From contig CAZCFE010000001.1 in NCBI GenBank assembly GCA_964497925.1, positions 6,460-70,459 of the forward strand: a stretch of 64,000 nucleotides of DNA. The letters are read 5' to 3'. The translations under genes were made by a program, and so were the position numbers. This stretch comes from an uncultured Alphaproteobacteria bacterium. Its GTDB lineage: Bacteria; Pseudomonadota; Alphaproteobacteria; CAIYWZ01. The notes below the pieces were generated by a model, which searched no databases, had not been told where the DNA came from, and was given only the letters and a program-made list of their open reading frames with translations. Positions 37,961 through 47,494 of the stretch are shown one piece after another; positions within the stretch are counted from its first letter, which is position 1, and every line of letters starts with the position of its first letter.

Positions 37961-39502
37961 ATGTCACTTATTAAATCAATTGCCACAGTTGGCGGCCATA
38001 CTATGATTAGCAGAATTCTTGGCTATATCAGAGACTCACTCATTGCTTATTATGTGGGAGCAAATGCAATTTCTGACGCCATTCAAATGTCCATTAAAAT
38101 CCCGAGTTTATTTCGAAGATTATTTGCAGAAGGGGCTTTTAATGCAGCTTTCGTTCCTATGTTTTCAGCAGAACTGGCGACAAAAGGAAAAGATGCTGCT
38201 AAAAATTTTGCCGAACAATCAATTGTGATTTTATCGATTTTTTTGATTTTTTTGGTTATTTTAGTTCAAATTTTCCTTCCAGAATTTGTAGGCATTCTTG
38301 CTCCAGGTCTTGAAAAAACCTCACAGCGTTTCACTCTTATTCTTGAGTTTACGCGCGTAACCTTTCCATTTATTATCTTCATTTCAATGTGTGCTATTTT
38401 AGGCGGAGTATTAAATTCACTCGAACGTTTTGCAGCTCCAGCGTCTGCTTCTAGTATTGGAAATTTATGCATTATCACAACATTATATTTATTTGTAAAT
38501 GTTGGTAAAACTCCTGGACATGTTGTATCGTGGGGATTTCTAATGTGCTCTATTTTACAATTCATTTGGCTTTATGCATTTTGCATAGCCGCTGGAATGC
38601 CTTTAAAGCTTAGAAAGCCCCAGTTTACAACACAAATGAGAGAGTTCTTCCAAAAATTATTACCAGGAATGATTGGAGCAGGAATCCTTCAAATAAATGT
38701 TTTAGTGGACACAATGATGTGTTCGTACCTTCCAGTCGCAAGCATCAGCTATATGAATAACGCTGACAGAATCAATCAATTACCTCTTGGAATTGTTGGC
38801 GTTGCTATGGGGATTGTTTTGTTGCCGCTTTTAAGTAAACAATTTCGTCAAGAGCTCTTTGAAGAAGCTATATCAACTCAAAACAGAGCAACTGAGTTTG
38901 TTCTTTTATTAACTATTCCATCTTCAATTGCATTATATATTTATGCAAAACCATTTGTTGCTTTTTTATATGGACATGGAAAATTTATGGAAAATCCAGA
39001 AAATATCATTCAAACAGCAAACACCTTATCTGCATTTTCACTAGGCCTCCCAGCTTATGTTTTGGTCAAGGTATTCTCTTCAAGTTTTTTTGCAAGACGA
39101 GACACCGTAACTCCTGTCGTGATTGGATTGATAAGTGTGCTTCTTAATATTGGCATCAACTTGCTTCTTATGGATAAATATCAACATGTAGGAATAGCAT
39201 TTGGGACAGCTATTTCTTCTTGGGTGAACGTTATTTTATTGTTTATGATTTTAAGAAAAAGAAAATCAATTGTTTTAGATCAACAAATTTTAAAAACAAT
39301 CCCTAAAATACTGCTCTCAGCTCTAATTATGGGAATAGTCATTTATTTCATACAGCCATATTTCATTGAAGATATAGAACACAAAACATTCTTTTATAAA
39401 ATGTCTATTGTGTTCATATTAATCACAGTAGGTATCTCCAGCTTTTTAATACCATCTTATTTTTTAAAATGCATTCATGTAAAGAATATTATTAAGAAAT
39501 AA
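37961..39502 (+). CDS. murJ: Lipid II flippase MurJ (MviN)
   Basis: 513 aa, 14-TM. N-terminal RILGYIRDSLIAYYVGA and AFNAAFVPMF are MurJ signature segments. Confidence 0.8.
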   Translation: MSLIKSIATVGGHTMISRILGYIRDSLIAYYVGANAISDAIQMSIKIPSLFRRLFAEGAFNAAFVPMFSAELATKGKDAAKNFAEQSIVILSIFLIFLVILVQIFLPEFVGILAPGLEKTSQRFTLILEFTRVTFPFIIFISMCAILGGVLNSLERFAAPASASSIGNLCIITTLYLFVNVGKTPGHVVSWGFLMCSILQFIWLYAFCIAAGMPLKLRKPQFTTQMREFFQKLLPGMIGAGILQINVLVDTMMCSYLPVASISYMNNADRINQLPLGIVGVAMGIVLLPLLSKQFRQELFEEAISTQNRATEFVLLLTIPSSIALYIYAKPFVAFLYGHGKFMENPENIIQTANTLSAFSLGLPAYVLVKVFSSSFFARRDTVTPVVIGLISVLLNIGINLLLMDKYQHVGIAFGTAISSWVNVILLFMILRKRKSIVLDQQILKTIPKILLSALIMGIVIYFIQPYFIEDIEHKTFFYKMSIVFILITVGISSFLIPSYFLKCIHVKNIIKK

Positions 39503-39509
39503 TAAAAAA

Positions 39510-39531
39510 GGGGGGAGAGTGACTCCCCCTG
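39510..39531. terminator. Bidirectional intrinsic terminator between murJ (+) and the convergent 106-aa gene (-)
   Basis: GGGGGAG-AGTGA-CTCCCCC hairpin (39511-39529), flanked by an A-tract upstream and a T-rich run downstream. Read on the minus strand it is followed by CTTTTTTATT. Confidence 0.6.
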
Positions 39532-39537
39532 TTCTTA

Positions 39538-39858
39538 TCATTTAAAAAGATCTTTTTCATCTTCGCTTAATTTAACATGCATTGGATTGTAAGTCACCTC
39601 AAATACAACAGTATAGGGGTCATTTTCAAAAGAAAATTTTGTCTTTGATCCTTTCATCCAATCAAAGTATCCTCTGCTTTTTCCTTCACCAGCAGCTCTG
39701 GAGGATATCATATAATCAGCAAGAACAGCGCTCGCAACAGCCCCGCCACATGAAGATAATATTCGAGCGGCCCTACCAGAAAACATGCCATATGTTGAAG
39801 TGGAAATAAAAATGCCAGCAAATAAAGAAAGTGCAAAAGTATGTGAAAATGTCTTCAT
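39538..39858 (-). CDS. Small secreted hypothetical protein
   Basis: Signal peptide MKTFSHTFALSLFAGIFISTSTYG, Gly/Ala-rich segment, no family I recognise. Ends at the bidirectional terminator. Confidence 0.4.
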   Translation of the reverse strand: MKTFSHTFALSLFAGIFISTSTYGMFSGRAARILSSCGGAVASAVLADYMISSRAAGEGKSRGYFDWMKGSKTKFSFENDPYTVVFEVTYNPMHVKLSEDEKDLFK

Positions 39859-40041
39859 GATAAAACTCCTTGATGCTTACATTGATAATATATATTTTTC
39901 TTCTTGAAATAATGAATATCACCTTGGAGTTAAAATACAATTAATAAATATTAACGCCTTGAATTAAATCTTTTTTAATATTTTTATAAATATTAAATTA
40001 ATTTTTCAAATATTTTTAATAATTTTATATTATATGAAGAA

Positions 40042-41412
40042 TTAAAAACAATGTGACTCCTCAAATAACTCTTGTACATAGGCCTGAAGCCTTTCATATC
40101 CTTGCTTTGTCTTGCTTTCTATTCGCACTGTAATCACTTCTTCTGTGTTAGATTTTCGAATCAAAAACCACCCTTGATCGTCAGAAGCCCGAATTCCATC
40201 TATTCTAGACACCATCATATTTATTTCACTGACCTGGTTTTCTACATACAAAAGAAACTCATCAAATTTTTCAGGATTCAAATTAAATCGCATATCAGGG
40301 GATAAGGCTGTTGGGGCCCATCCTTGGATAATACCACGTACCACTTCTGGTCTATCAATAAAAATACGTAAAAATGTAAAAGCAGCAAGCAATCCATCAT
40401 CAAAATTATTATTATGTTTATAGAAAATATGTCCACTTGTTTCCCCTGCAAAGCCAATATCTTCTTGTTTCATTAATTTTTTCACCAAAGAATGTCCGCA
40501 AGGTGAAAACACAACCTCACCTCGCATACTATGAATAAAGTCAATTAAAACAAGCGATGCCTTTACATCTAAAATAACCTTAGGCCCATTGTCTTCTGAC
40601 CAGTTACCTAAGTAATCAAGAGCCAGAATTGCAATAATTTGATCAGGAAGAAGTATTTCCCCGTCTAAAACAACACCCAGGCGATCACCATCCCCATCAA
40701 ACAAAAAACCAATCTCTGCGTCTTGCTTTTCCATCTCGTTAATCAAAGACTCGTAATTTTTAGGGTCTGATGGGTCTGGGTGATGATTTGGAAAATCACC
40801 AGAAGGTTCTGCAAATAAAGGAATATGATTTTTAAGATTGTAGGATTGAGTAAATGCTTCTAACGCAATGCCCATAGCACCATTACCGCAATCCCATACC
40901 ACTTTAATGTTTGAGGGGAAAAAAGATGCTTTCGTTAGAACATCAACAACATACAACGAAACCGTATTTTTCATTGTGCTGCGCCCTTTCTCTTTCTTTT
41001 CCATAGGTAAAGCCGCAATTTCTTTTATTAACTCACCGCTTACAGGATCTGTGGACGTCAATGTCTTAAATCCATTATACTCTGATGGATTATGCGATCC
41101 TGTGACCATAATTCCACCATCTGCATTCATATCCTTTGTCGCAAAGTATAAGTAAGGCGTAGGGCCCATTCCCATATTAATAGCATACCCTCCCGCATCG
41201 ACAATTCCCTGTATTACCTGCCTGCTTAAAACAGGTGAGGATGTCCTTGTATCACACGCTACACAAATTTTAGGATTTTTTTTAGAAGTTTTCTTTTTTA
41301 AATATTGAGTAAATAAATACCCCCAATGGTATCCATCATCATCGTGTAAGGTTTGACCATAAATTCCTCGGATATCGTACGCTTTTAAAATGGAAGGGTG
41401 AAATGTTGTCAT
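40042..41412 (-). CDS. Phosphomannomutase/phosphoglucomutase (alpha-D-phosphohexomutase)
   Basis: GGIMVTGSHNPSEYNGFK active-site phosphoserine loop, FDGDGDRL metal-binding loop, GETSGH sugar-binding loop. Confidence 0.8.
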   Translation of the reverse strand: MTTFHPSILKAYDIRGIYGQTLHDDDGYHWGYLFTQYLKKKTSKKNPKICVACDTRTSSPVLSRQVIQGIVDAGGYAINMGMGPTPYLYFATKDMNADGGIMVTGSHNPSEYNGFKTLTSTDPVSGELIKEIAALPMEKKEKGRSTMKNTVSLYVVDVLTKASFFPSNIKVVWDCGNGAMGIALEAFTQSYNLKNHIPLFAEPSGDFPNHHPDPSDPKNYESLINEMEKQDAEIGFLFDGDGDRLGVVLDGEILLPDQIIAILALDYLGNWSEDNGPKVILDVKASLVLIDFIHSMRGEVVFSPCGHSLVKKLMKQEDIGFAGETSGHIFYKHNNNFDDGLLAAFTFLRIFIDRPEVVRGIIQGWAPTALSPDMRFNLNPEKFDEFLLYVENQVSEINMMVSRIDGIRASDDQGWFLIRKSNTEEVITVRIESKTKQGYERLQAYVQELFEESHCF

Positions 41413-42296
41413 GTGCTTGTTGCCTCCTGATGAATAGTGATAGATGCTGTTGGGAAAAATTCTAAAAGCTGTTGTTCAACTTCATGGGAAATATCATGTG
41501 CTTGCTGAAGTGTTAAATTAGCGTCCATATGAGCATCCATTTGAATAAAAACAAAAGGGCCAGCTTTTCTAGTTTTTAGTGAATTAATATGCAAAATATT
41601 TTTATTTTCAAGAGCAATTTTTCGAATTAAATTTCGACTCTGATTGTCCATTTCACGATCCATTAATACATCCACGCCCTCTTTTCCAATTTTATAAGCA
41701 GTTGCAATAATATAAAAACCGATTAAGGCTGCAATAATGGCATCCATCATGCCAGATATCGAATTTTGTCCTTGCGCAAGTAAAAAAGAACAAATAACAC
41801 CAAGATTAATCAAGATATCACTTCGATAATGCAAAGAATCTCCTGAAATTGCTAAAGATCCTGTTTTTTTAATCACAAACATTTGATATCTAACAAGAAT
41901 TAAAGTCAGGAAAATAGAAAAAATCATAACGCTAATTCCAATTCTGACTTCTTCAACAGGCTGTGGATGAATAAAATGTTCCCATGCTTCTTTTAGAATA
42001 ATAAATGCAGAAATTGAGATAAAGAAAGACTGTGCTACGCCAGCTAATGCTTCAATTTTTCCATGACCAAATCGATGCTCATTATCTGATGGTTTGAGAG
42101 CATGCTTGATCGCAATCCAATTCACAAATGACGCTAATGAATCTAAGAATGAATCCATAAGTGTTGCGTGCATGCTAACAGATCCGGTTATTTGCCATGC
42201 CACAAATTTGATCCCAATTAAAATCAAGCTCACAAAAATTGAAAAATAGCTGGCTTTTTTAAGCAAACTTTGTAAATAAGGGTCATAATTACTCAT
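41409..42296 (-). CDS. Cation diffusion facilitator family transporter (CzcD/FieF-like)
   Basis: 295 aa. Six TM helices with HxxxD pairs (LMDSFLDSLA, HYRSDIL) and a C-terminal cytoplasmic domain. Confidence 0.7.
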   Translation of the reverse strand: MSNYDPYLQSLLKKASYFSIFVSLILIGIKFVAWQITGSVSMHATLMDSFLDSLASFVNWIAIKHALKPSDNEHRFGHGKIEALAGVAQSFFISISAFIILKEAWEHFIHPQPVEEVRIGISVMIFSIFLTLILVRYQMFVIKKTGSLAISGDSLHYRSDILINLGVICSFLLAQGQNSISGMMDAIIAALIGFYIIATAYKIGKEGVDVLMDREMDNQSRNLIRKIALENKNILHINSLKTRKAGPFVFIQMDAHMDANLTLQQAHDISHEVEQQLLEFFPTASITIHQEATST

Positions 42297-42754
42297 GAAA
42301 ACTCCTTTAGGACTTTTGCATAAATATCACGCTTAAAATAAATAGCAAGATCTAATATTTCAGATGAAAGTTCCCATCTCCAGGCACAAAATTCAGAAGG
42401 AATTGTTGAAAAAATATTAATATCAGAATCGAACCCAACAAAATCAAGAAGATACCATTTTTGTTTTTGTCCTAGGAATCTACCTCCCCACCATTTTGAA
42501 CGGTAAGGTTCAGGGATCTCATAATACAGCCATTCTTTCATATCTTTAACAATAACGGCTTTATCTGTTCCGACTTCTTCTTTCAACTCACGCCACAAAG
42601 CTTCTTCGGGCGTTTCACCTTCATCAATCCCCCCTTGGGGCATTTGCCAACCAATTGGGGATGGTGTTTTGCGTCTTCCCATAAAAATATCCCCATCTCG
42701 ATTGCGTAAGACAATCCCGATACCGTGGCGATACTGGTGCTCCAAATATTTCAT
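42293..42754 (-). CDS. rppH: RNA pyrophosphohydrolase (Nudix), RppH/NudH-like
   Basis: GYRHGIGIVL..MPQGGIDEGETPEEALWRELKEEVG is a canonical Nudix box in an RppH-like context. Confidence 0.75.
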   Translation of the reverse strand: MKYLEHQYRHGIGIVLRNRDGDIFMGRRKTPSPIGWQMPQGGIDEGETPEEALWRELKEEVGTDKAVIVKDMKEWLYYEIPEPYRSKWWGGRFLGQKQKWYLLDFVGFDSDINIFSTIPSEFCAWRWELSSEILDLAIYFKRDIYAKVLKEFS

Positions 42755-42756
42755 AT

Positions 42757-44895
42757 CTAGTCTTTCTTCTTTAATAATACATAAGAAATAGGAGCAAGAA
42801 GAACTCCCTCACTCTTAAATTTCTCATCCAACTCGATTAATTTTTTCAAGACAAATGGTCCAGGAGTCATCATCATTGTAACGTGGCCTTTTGATTTTGC
42901 AAGAGATAAAGCATTTTTAAAGGCATTTTCCACCTCTTCTTGAGATGCATCTTCAAGGATTTCATTATCTATAAAACTATAAGGAACTGTAATTTTAGAA
43001 CCTACCGCTTTTGAAGTTTCTGTAGGCGTTCCATCAATATATGGAATCTTTTTTTCATTAAGCCCTTGAATCAATAAATTTACAGATTTTTCAACTGTTG
43101 AAAATCTCCCTCCAGCATTATTCAAAAGCCCAACAAAAGAATCCCCTTGGGAGATAACCCAATTAAATCTTAGAAGATTTTCTTCATCTGTTTGCCTTGT
43201 TAAAAGAGTCTTTGGCCCAGGGTCCTCTTTTGGGTAACCATTGGGTTCAAGGGGTAAAACAACTAAAACCTCATGATTTTTATCTCGAGACTTTTTACAC
43301 AAGTCTTTTAAATTTGGAGAATGTGGGTTAAATGCAAGAGTCACATATTTAGAAGTCTCAGCAATTGATTTATCAACCAAATCTTGTTTTAACCCCAAAG
43401 AATGAAGAATAATGCTGATAGTTGGTTTCTTGTCAGGATTTTCAAAAGGCGTGATATGTTTTTTCCAATCAGCATCAACCACAGATGCAATAACTGGCGC
43501 TACTTCATTCGTATCCTTTTGAGTTACAATTTTTGTCACATCTGTTCCTGATAGCACCTTATCAGCAACAGGGGCTGGGGTAAATATCTTACTGTACACA
43601 GATAATGACTTCACAAGCTCGAAAGCTCGAACAAGGGGATAATCTTGATCTTCAGGTTTTACAGCTTCTTTCTTATCTTTACCATCTTTATCTCCAGGTT
43701 TTTTCACCTTATCTTTTTCTTTTAAGATCTCAGTTAAGCCCTGATCTGGTTTTAACGCGCCCTTGTAATCTTTTTCTCTAAACCTTTCTTCATCACTAAT
43801 TTTTTCAAATTTAATATAATCTGCAATTAAATCTGGCTCAATTCCTTGAGCCTGAATTGATCTTCCCAACGGGGTATAATAACGCGCTATTGTATATTTT
43901 ATCGCACGATCCCCCATAACAGGCTTGACGGCCTGAACAGAAGCTTTTCCAAATGATTTTGTTCCCATAATAATTGCACGCTTATGATCCTGAAGAGCTC
44001 CTGCTGTAATTTCAGATGCTGATGCAGAGCCTCCATTAATCAAAACAACAACAGGCATTTTAGAATCAACATATTGACCACTATTTGCCATATAATGCTC
44101 AACCTTTCCAGAATCCCTTCCTCTTGTTGATACAATTTCAACATTATCTAGAAAAAGATTGCAAAGTCCAACAGCCTGCTCGATTCGACCTCCCGCATTG
44201 TTACGCAAATCAATAACAATTCCTTGGAATTTGTCTTTAAGTGTTTTCTTAAATGAGTCAATTGCCTCTTTTACCATATCAATTGTTTTTTCATTCATAA
44301 AAGAGCTGATTCGAATATATCCAACCTGGTCTTCGATACGATGTTTGACTGTTTTTACTTTTATAACATCACGTTTAATTTTCATCTCTATTGGATCTTT
44401 TCCTGGGCGATAAATATTCACCTTAACCTCTGATCCAATAGGGCCTCCACGCAATTTCTTAACAGCTTCATCTGTTGTCATGCGTAAAACTGCTTCACCA
44501 TTGATTTTAAAAATATAATCACCACTTTTCAATCCAGCAACAGCGGCTGGAGCATCCTCAATTGGAGCAATTACTTTTATCAACCCATTCTCCATGATAA
44601 ATTCCATACCAATTCCAATAATTTCGCCCTTGGCGCTTTCGTTGAATTCAATATAGTCTTTTGGATTAATATATGCGCAATGAGGGTCTAAAGATGAAAG
44701 CATACCGCCAATCGCGGCCTCCATCAATTTTTCTTTATTCACTTCTTCCACATAGTTTGCCTCAACATCATTTAAGACTTGTTGGAATAAGGGCATAAGA
44801 TCTTTAGGGGGGGGAGTGTCTTTTGTTTTTTTATCCCCCTGTCCAAAAATAGAAAGCGAAAATGAAAAACAAGCAAAAATGAAAAATAAACGCAT
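42757..44895 (-). CDS. ctpA: Carboxy-terminal processing protease CtpA (S41, PDZ) fused to a C-terminal YibQ-type 'divergent polysaccharide deacetylase' (PF04748-like) domain
   Basis: Signal peptide. PDZ (GLKSGDYIFKINGE). S41 catalytic region GGSASASEI...KSFGKASVQ (Ser/Lys dyad). Residues ~440-712 then continue in the same frame with PTISIILHSLG...NHEVLVVLPLEP...NNAGG...HVTMMMTPGP, which is collinear with E. coli YibQ (IAIVIDDFG...GHEVLIHLPMAP...NHMGS...IAIGHPHP). Confidence 0.6.
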   Translation of the reverse strand: MRLFFIFACFSFSLSIFGQGDKKTKDTPPPKDLMPLFQQVLNDVEANYVEEVNKEKLMEAAIGGMLSSLDPHCAYINPKDYIEFNESAKGEIIGIGMEFIMENGLIKVIAPIEDAPAAVAGLKSGDYIFKINGEAVLRMTTDEAVKKLRGGPIGSEVKVNIYRPGKDPIEMKIKRDVIKVKTVKHRIEDQVGYIRISSFMNEKTIDMVKEAIDSFKKTLKDKFQGIVIDLRNNAGGRIEQAVGLCNLFLDNVEIVSTRGRDSGKVEHYMANSGQYVDSKMPVVVLINGGSASASEITAGALQDHKRAIIMGTKSFGKASVQAVKPVMGDRAIKYTIARYYTPLGRSIQAQGIEPDLIADYIKFEKISDEERFREKDYKGALKPDQGLTEILKEKDKVKKPGDKDGKDKKEAVKPEDQDYPLVRAFELVKSLSVYSKIFTPAPVADKVLSGTDVTKIVTQKDTNEVAPVIASVVDADWKKHITPFENPDKKPTISIILHSLGLKQDLVDKSIAETSKYVTLAFNPHSPNLKDLCKKSRDKNHEVLVVLPLEPNGYPKEDPGPKTLLTRQTDEENLLRFNWVISQGDSFVGLLNNAGGRFSTVEKSVNLLIQGLNEKKIPYIDGTPTETSKAVGSKITVPYSFIDNEILEDASQEEVENAFKNALSLAKSKGHVTMMMTPGPFVLKKLIELDEKFKSEGVLLAPISYVLLKKKD

Positions 44896-45028
44896 ATAAA
44901 AAAGCTCCTTAGGTGACTAAAATAACCATTTTTTATTTTATCAAAAAACAAAAGAAAGATCCACCAGTATTAATAGTTTTTTAAAGAATTTACACATAAA
45001 ATACTATTGTAATTTTGGAGAACCTGAC

Positions 45029-45883
45029 ATGAGAAAAAGCATAACTTTAGCGGTGGTTTTATTATCCCAAAGCCTAATAGCCCAAAGTCAATCCTCAGGA
45101 TCAGAAGCTGCTTTATTTACCGGTATTGCAAAAAGTCTGTTTGGACTGACCGGACAAAATCCAAATCTTATCACACAAGGAATGAATACCGCACAACAAT
45201 TTCAGCAACAAGCGCCCTCCCCCATCTCAAATTCAGCAGCTCAAATTCAAATCCAACAGCTTAGCTCTGCGCAATCAAACCAAGCAGCAATTCAAGCCTG
45301 CGTAAATTCCGGTCTTTCACTTGCAACATGTCAATCGATGAACAAACCTTTAACATCAACAGTCAGAACCACTGATGATGTTCTTTTTGAAACAGCGCTC
45401 AATAAAAGCAAAACAGCAGGCGCATCTGAAATTGTAGAGTTCTTAGATCTGAATTATGTTGCATTTTTAATGGTATCATTTTCCCATGTTCTAGCAAGCT
45501 ACATCAATACTCTTGGAAAGTTTGACACAATTGATCCTTTAAGTGTCATACAACTTAAACCTGTCTCAGTACAATCACTCACGAGTAAAGCCTCAATTCC
45601 ATCATCCACAACGCCCACGCCTTTATCTTGGAACGCAATCACAAAAAACATAGCCAGCAGATTGCCCAAGATAAGATTCACATGGGAAAATTACAAAAAT
45701 TTTATTGTCGATAATAGCAATGACCGCGGCGGAGTTGTTTTGATTTTCACCAACACGTCTACAAAAGAAAGACGTATCGTGTTGATTCCTCACCCTCAAA
45801 TGAAAGGGTTTACAAAATTTCAGGGAATCACTTCTCAAGTCGCAAAAGATATTGGCTTTGATTTACCGCCACCTCAAGCATAA
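45029..45883 (+). CDS. Orphan secreted Q/S-rich protein
   Basis: Signal peptide MRKSITLAVVLLSQSLIAQS. Low-complexity Q/S/A region, then a ~150-aa C-terminal globular part. No family recognised. Confidence 0.4.
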   Translation: MRKSITLAVVLLSQSLIAQSQSSGSEAALFTGIAKSLFGLTGQNPNLITQGMNTAQQFQQQAPSPISNSAAQIQIQQLSSAQSNQAAIQACVNSGLSLATCQSMNKPLTSTVRTTDDVLFETALNKSKTAGASEIVEFLDLNYVAFLMVSFSHVLASYINTLGKFDTIDPLSVIQLKPVSVQSLTSKASIPSSTTPTPLSWNAITKNIASRLPKIRFTWENYKNFIVDNSNDRGGVVLIFTNTSTKERRIVLIPHPQMKGFTKFQGITSQVAKDIGFDLPPPQA

Positions 45884-45884
45884 T

Positions 45885-45958
45885 TGGCTGGGGGACCTGG
45901 ATTCGAACCAAGGACGCCCGGTCCAGAGCCGGGAGTTATACCACTTAACTATCCCCCA
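45885..45958 (-). tRNA. tRNA-Gln (anticodon CTG)
   Basis: Minus-strand read TGGGGGATAGTTAAGTGGTATAACTCCCGGCTCTGGACCGGG...TTCGAATCCAGGTCCCCCAGCCA. Acceptor TGGGGGA/TCCCCCA, anticodon stem CCCGG/CCGGG with loop CTCTGGA, T-loop TTCGAATC, encoded CCA. Confidence 0.75.
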
Positions 45959-46040
45959 AAAAAAACACAAGACTTGACTTAATTAAGGATTACGAAGTAT
46001 AAAATGAAAATGAAATAAAAGTCAAGGGCAAGTTAAGTTC

Positions 46041-46805
46041 ATGGAAATTACAATCTTAGGCTGCGGACCATCTTCAGGTGTCCCGTTCTATGGAAACAGA
46101 TGGGGAAACTGTGACGCATCGAACCCCAAAAACACGCGAACAAGATCCAGTATTTTTATTAAAAATCAGGATACAAAAATTCTCATCGATACAGGGCCAG
46201 ATGTCCGTCAACAGCTTTTGCGGGAAAATATTCAAAATTTAAGCGCGATTCTTTACACACACGACCATGCAGATCACACACATGGTATAGATGAGCTGCG
46301 CGGACTGGCAACACTCAATGATACAAAATATAATTTTTGGGCTGATGATACTACCCTCAAAAGTCTTCAAAAAAGATTTTCATATTTAATGACAAGCTCT
46401 CCATCAACTGAAACTTTTCGGCCGTTTATGATTCCAAATTTAATAGAAGCTCCTTTTTTTATTGAAAAAGAAAAAATTATTCCTTTTGCTCAAAATCATG
46501 GCCTTTCTAATTCTCTGGGATTTCGGATTGGCGATATTGCCTATTCCACAGATGTCGTTGAATTAAATGATAAGGCTTTTGAAGTTTTGGATGGAGTTAA
46601 AGTTTGGATTGTGGGGGCTCTTCAGTACGAACCACACATTGCTCATGCTAATGTAGAAAAAGCTCTTGGATGGATAAAAAAAATATCCCCAGAAAAAGCT
46701 TATCTTACACACCTAAGCTCAAGGTTGGATTATGAAAAACTCAAACAAGAACTGCCAAATAATATAGAGCCATGTTACGATGGCATGAAAGTGAATTTGT
46801 CATGA
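46041..46805 (+). CDS. MBL-fold metallo-hydrolase (PhnP/RNase BN-like)
   Basis: 254 aa. YTHDHADHTHG (HxHxDH zinc motif). Confidence 0.65.
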   Translation: MEITILGCGPSSGVPFYGNRWGNCDASNPKNTRTRSSIFIKNQDTKILIDTGPDVRQQLLRENIQNLSAILYTHDHADHTHGIDELRGLATLNDTKYNFWADDTTLKSLQKRFSYLMTSSPSTETFRPFMIPNLIEAPFFIEKEKIIPFAQNHGLSNSLGFRIGDIAYSTDVVELNDKAFEVLDGVKVWIVGALQYEPHIAHANVEKALGWIKKISPEKAYLTHLSSRLDYEKLKQELPNNIEPCYDGMKVNLS

Positions 46806-47494
46806 TTTATATACGTTCTTTTTTCTTTTTAATATTTTTCTATGCTGTTGGACTTTATCATTTAATTGTGGGGGCTCCTTGGTATGCATTTGGAAAATGG
46901 CATGGAGATTGGATTATGCGCTCTTGGAGCAGAGGAAATATTTGGTGTTTAAGATATATCGCAGGAATCAAAATCCAGTCAAAAGGCGAGGAAATTTTAA
47001 AAACCGGGGGGCCTTACATTGTCGCATGCCAGCATCAGTCCGATTTAGAAACTGTGACGTTCTTTGATTATTGTTTATATTCATTCGTATACAAAAAAGA
47101 ACTCAATAATCTGCCTTTTTTTGGAAGCTTCATGCAAAAAGCTGGGATGCTCTCTGTTGACCGCGAACAAGGAGCAACGGCTCTTCGCAATCTTTTAAAG
47201 AACGCAAAAACAGCTATTGAAAGACGTGGAGGCATTATCATTTTTCCAGAAGGGAAAAGAATGCCTGTAGGAGAAGTCGGAAAAATAAACCCTGGTCTTT
47301 GGGCTTTATACAAATCACTTCAGATTTCCGTCATTCCTGTTACTTTATCAACAGCTCCATACTGGAAGCCTAAACAGTTTTTAAAATACCCAGGAACAGC
47401 GACACTCTTATTTCATCCACCTTTTGAGATAGGTCTAGACAGAGAAACATTTGAAGAAAAATTAAAACAGATTTATTTAAAAGGAAATATTTAA
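46802..47494 (+). CDS. plsC: 1-acyl-sn-glycerol-3-phosphate acyltransferase (lysophospholipid acyltransferase family)
   Basis: N-terminal TM, ACQHQSDLE (HX4D-type acyltransferase motif) and IIFPEGKR (motif III). The start at the ATGA overlap with the MBL gene is preferred over the 10-codon upstream extension in the track. Confidence 0.65.
   Translation: MIYIRSFFFLIFFYAVGLYHLIVGAPWYAFGKWHGDWIMRSWSRGNIWCLRYIAGIKIQSKGEEILKTGGPYIVACQHQSDLETVTFFDYCLYSFVYKKELNNLPFFGSFMQKAGMLSVDREQGATALRNLLKNAKTAIERRGGIIIFPEGKRMPVGEVGKINPGLWALYKSLQISVIPVTLSTAPYWKPKQFLKYPGTATLLFHPPFEIGLDRETFEEKLKQIYLKGNI

Noticed and set aside
39859..40041. 183-nt very AT-rich spacer upstream of the phosphohexomutase gene with short palindromes (aatatttttaata / taaatattaaattaattt)
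   Set aside because: It is probably just an AT-rich promoter or UP-element region. It has no conserved structure or coding potential, so it is not reported as a feature.
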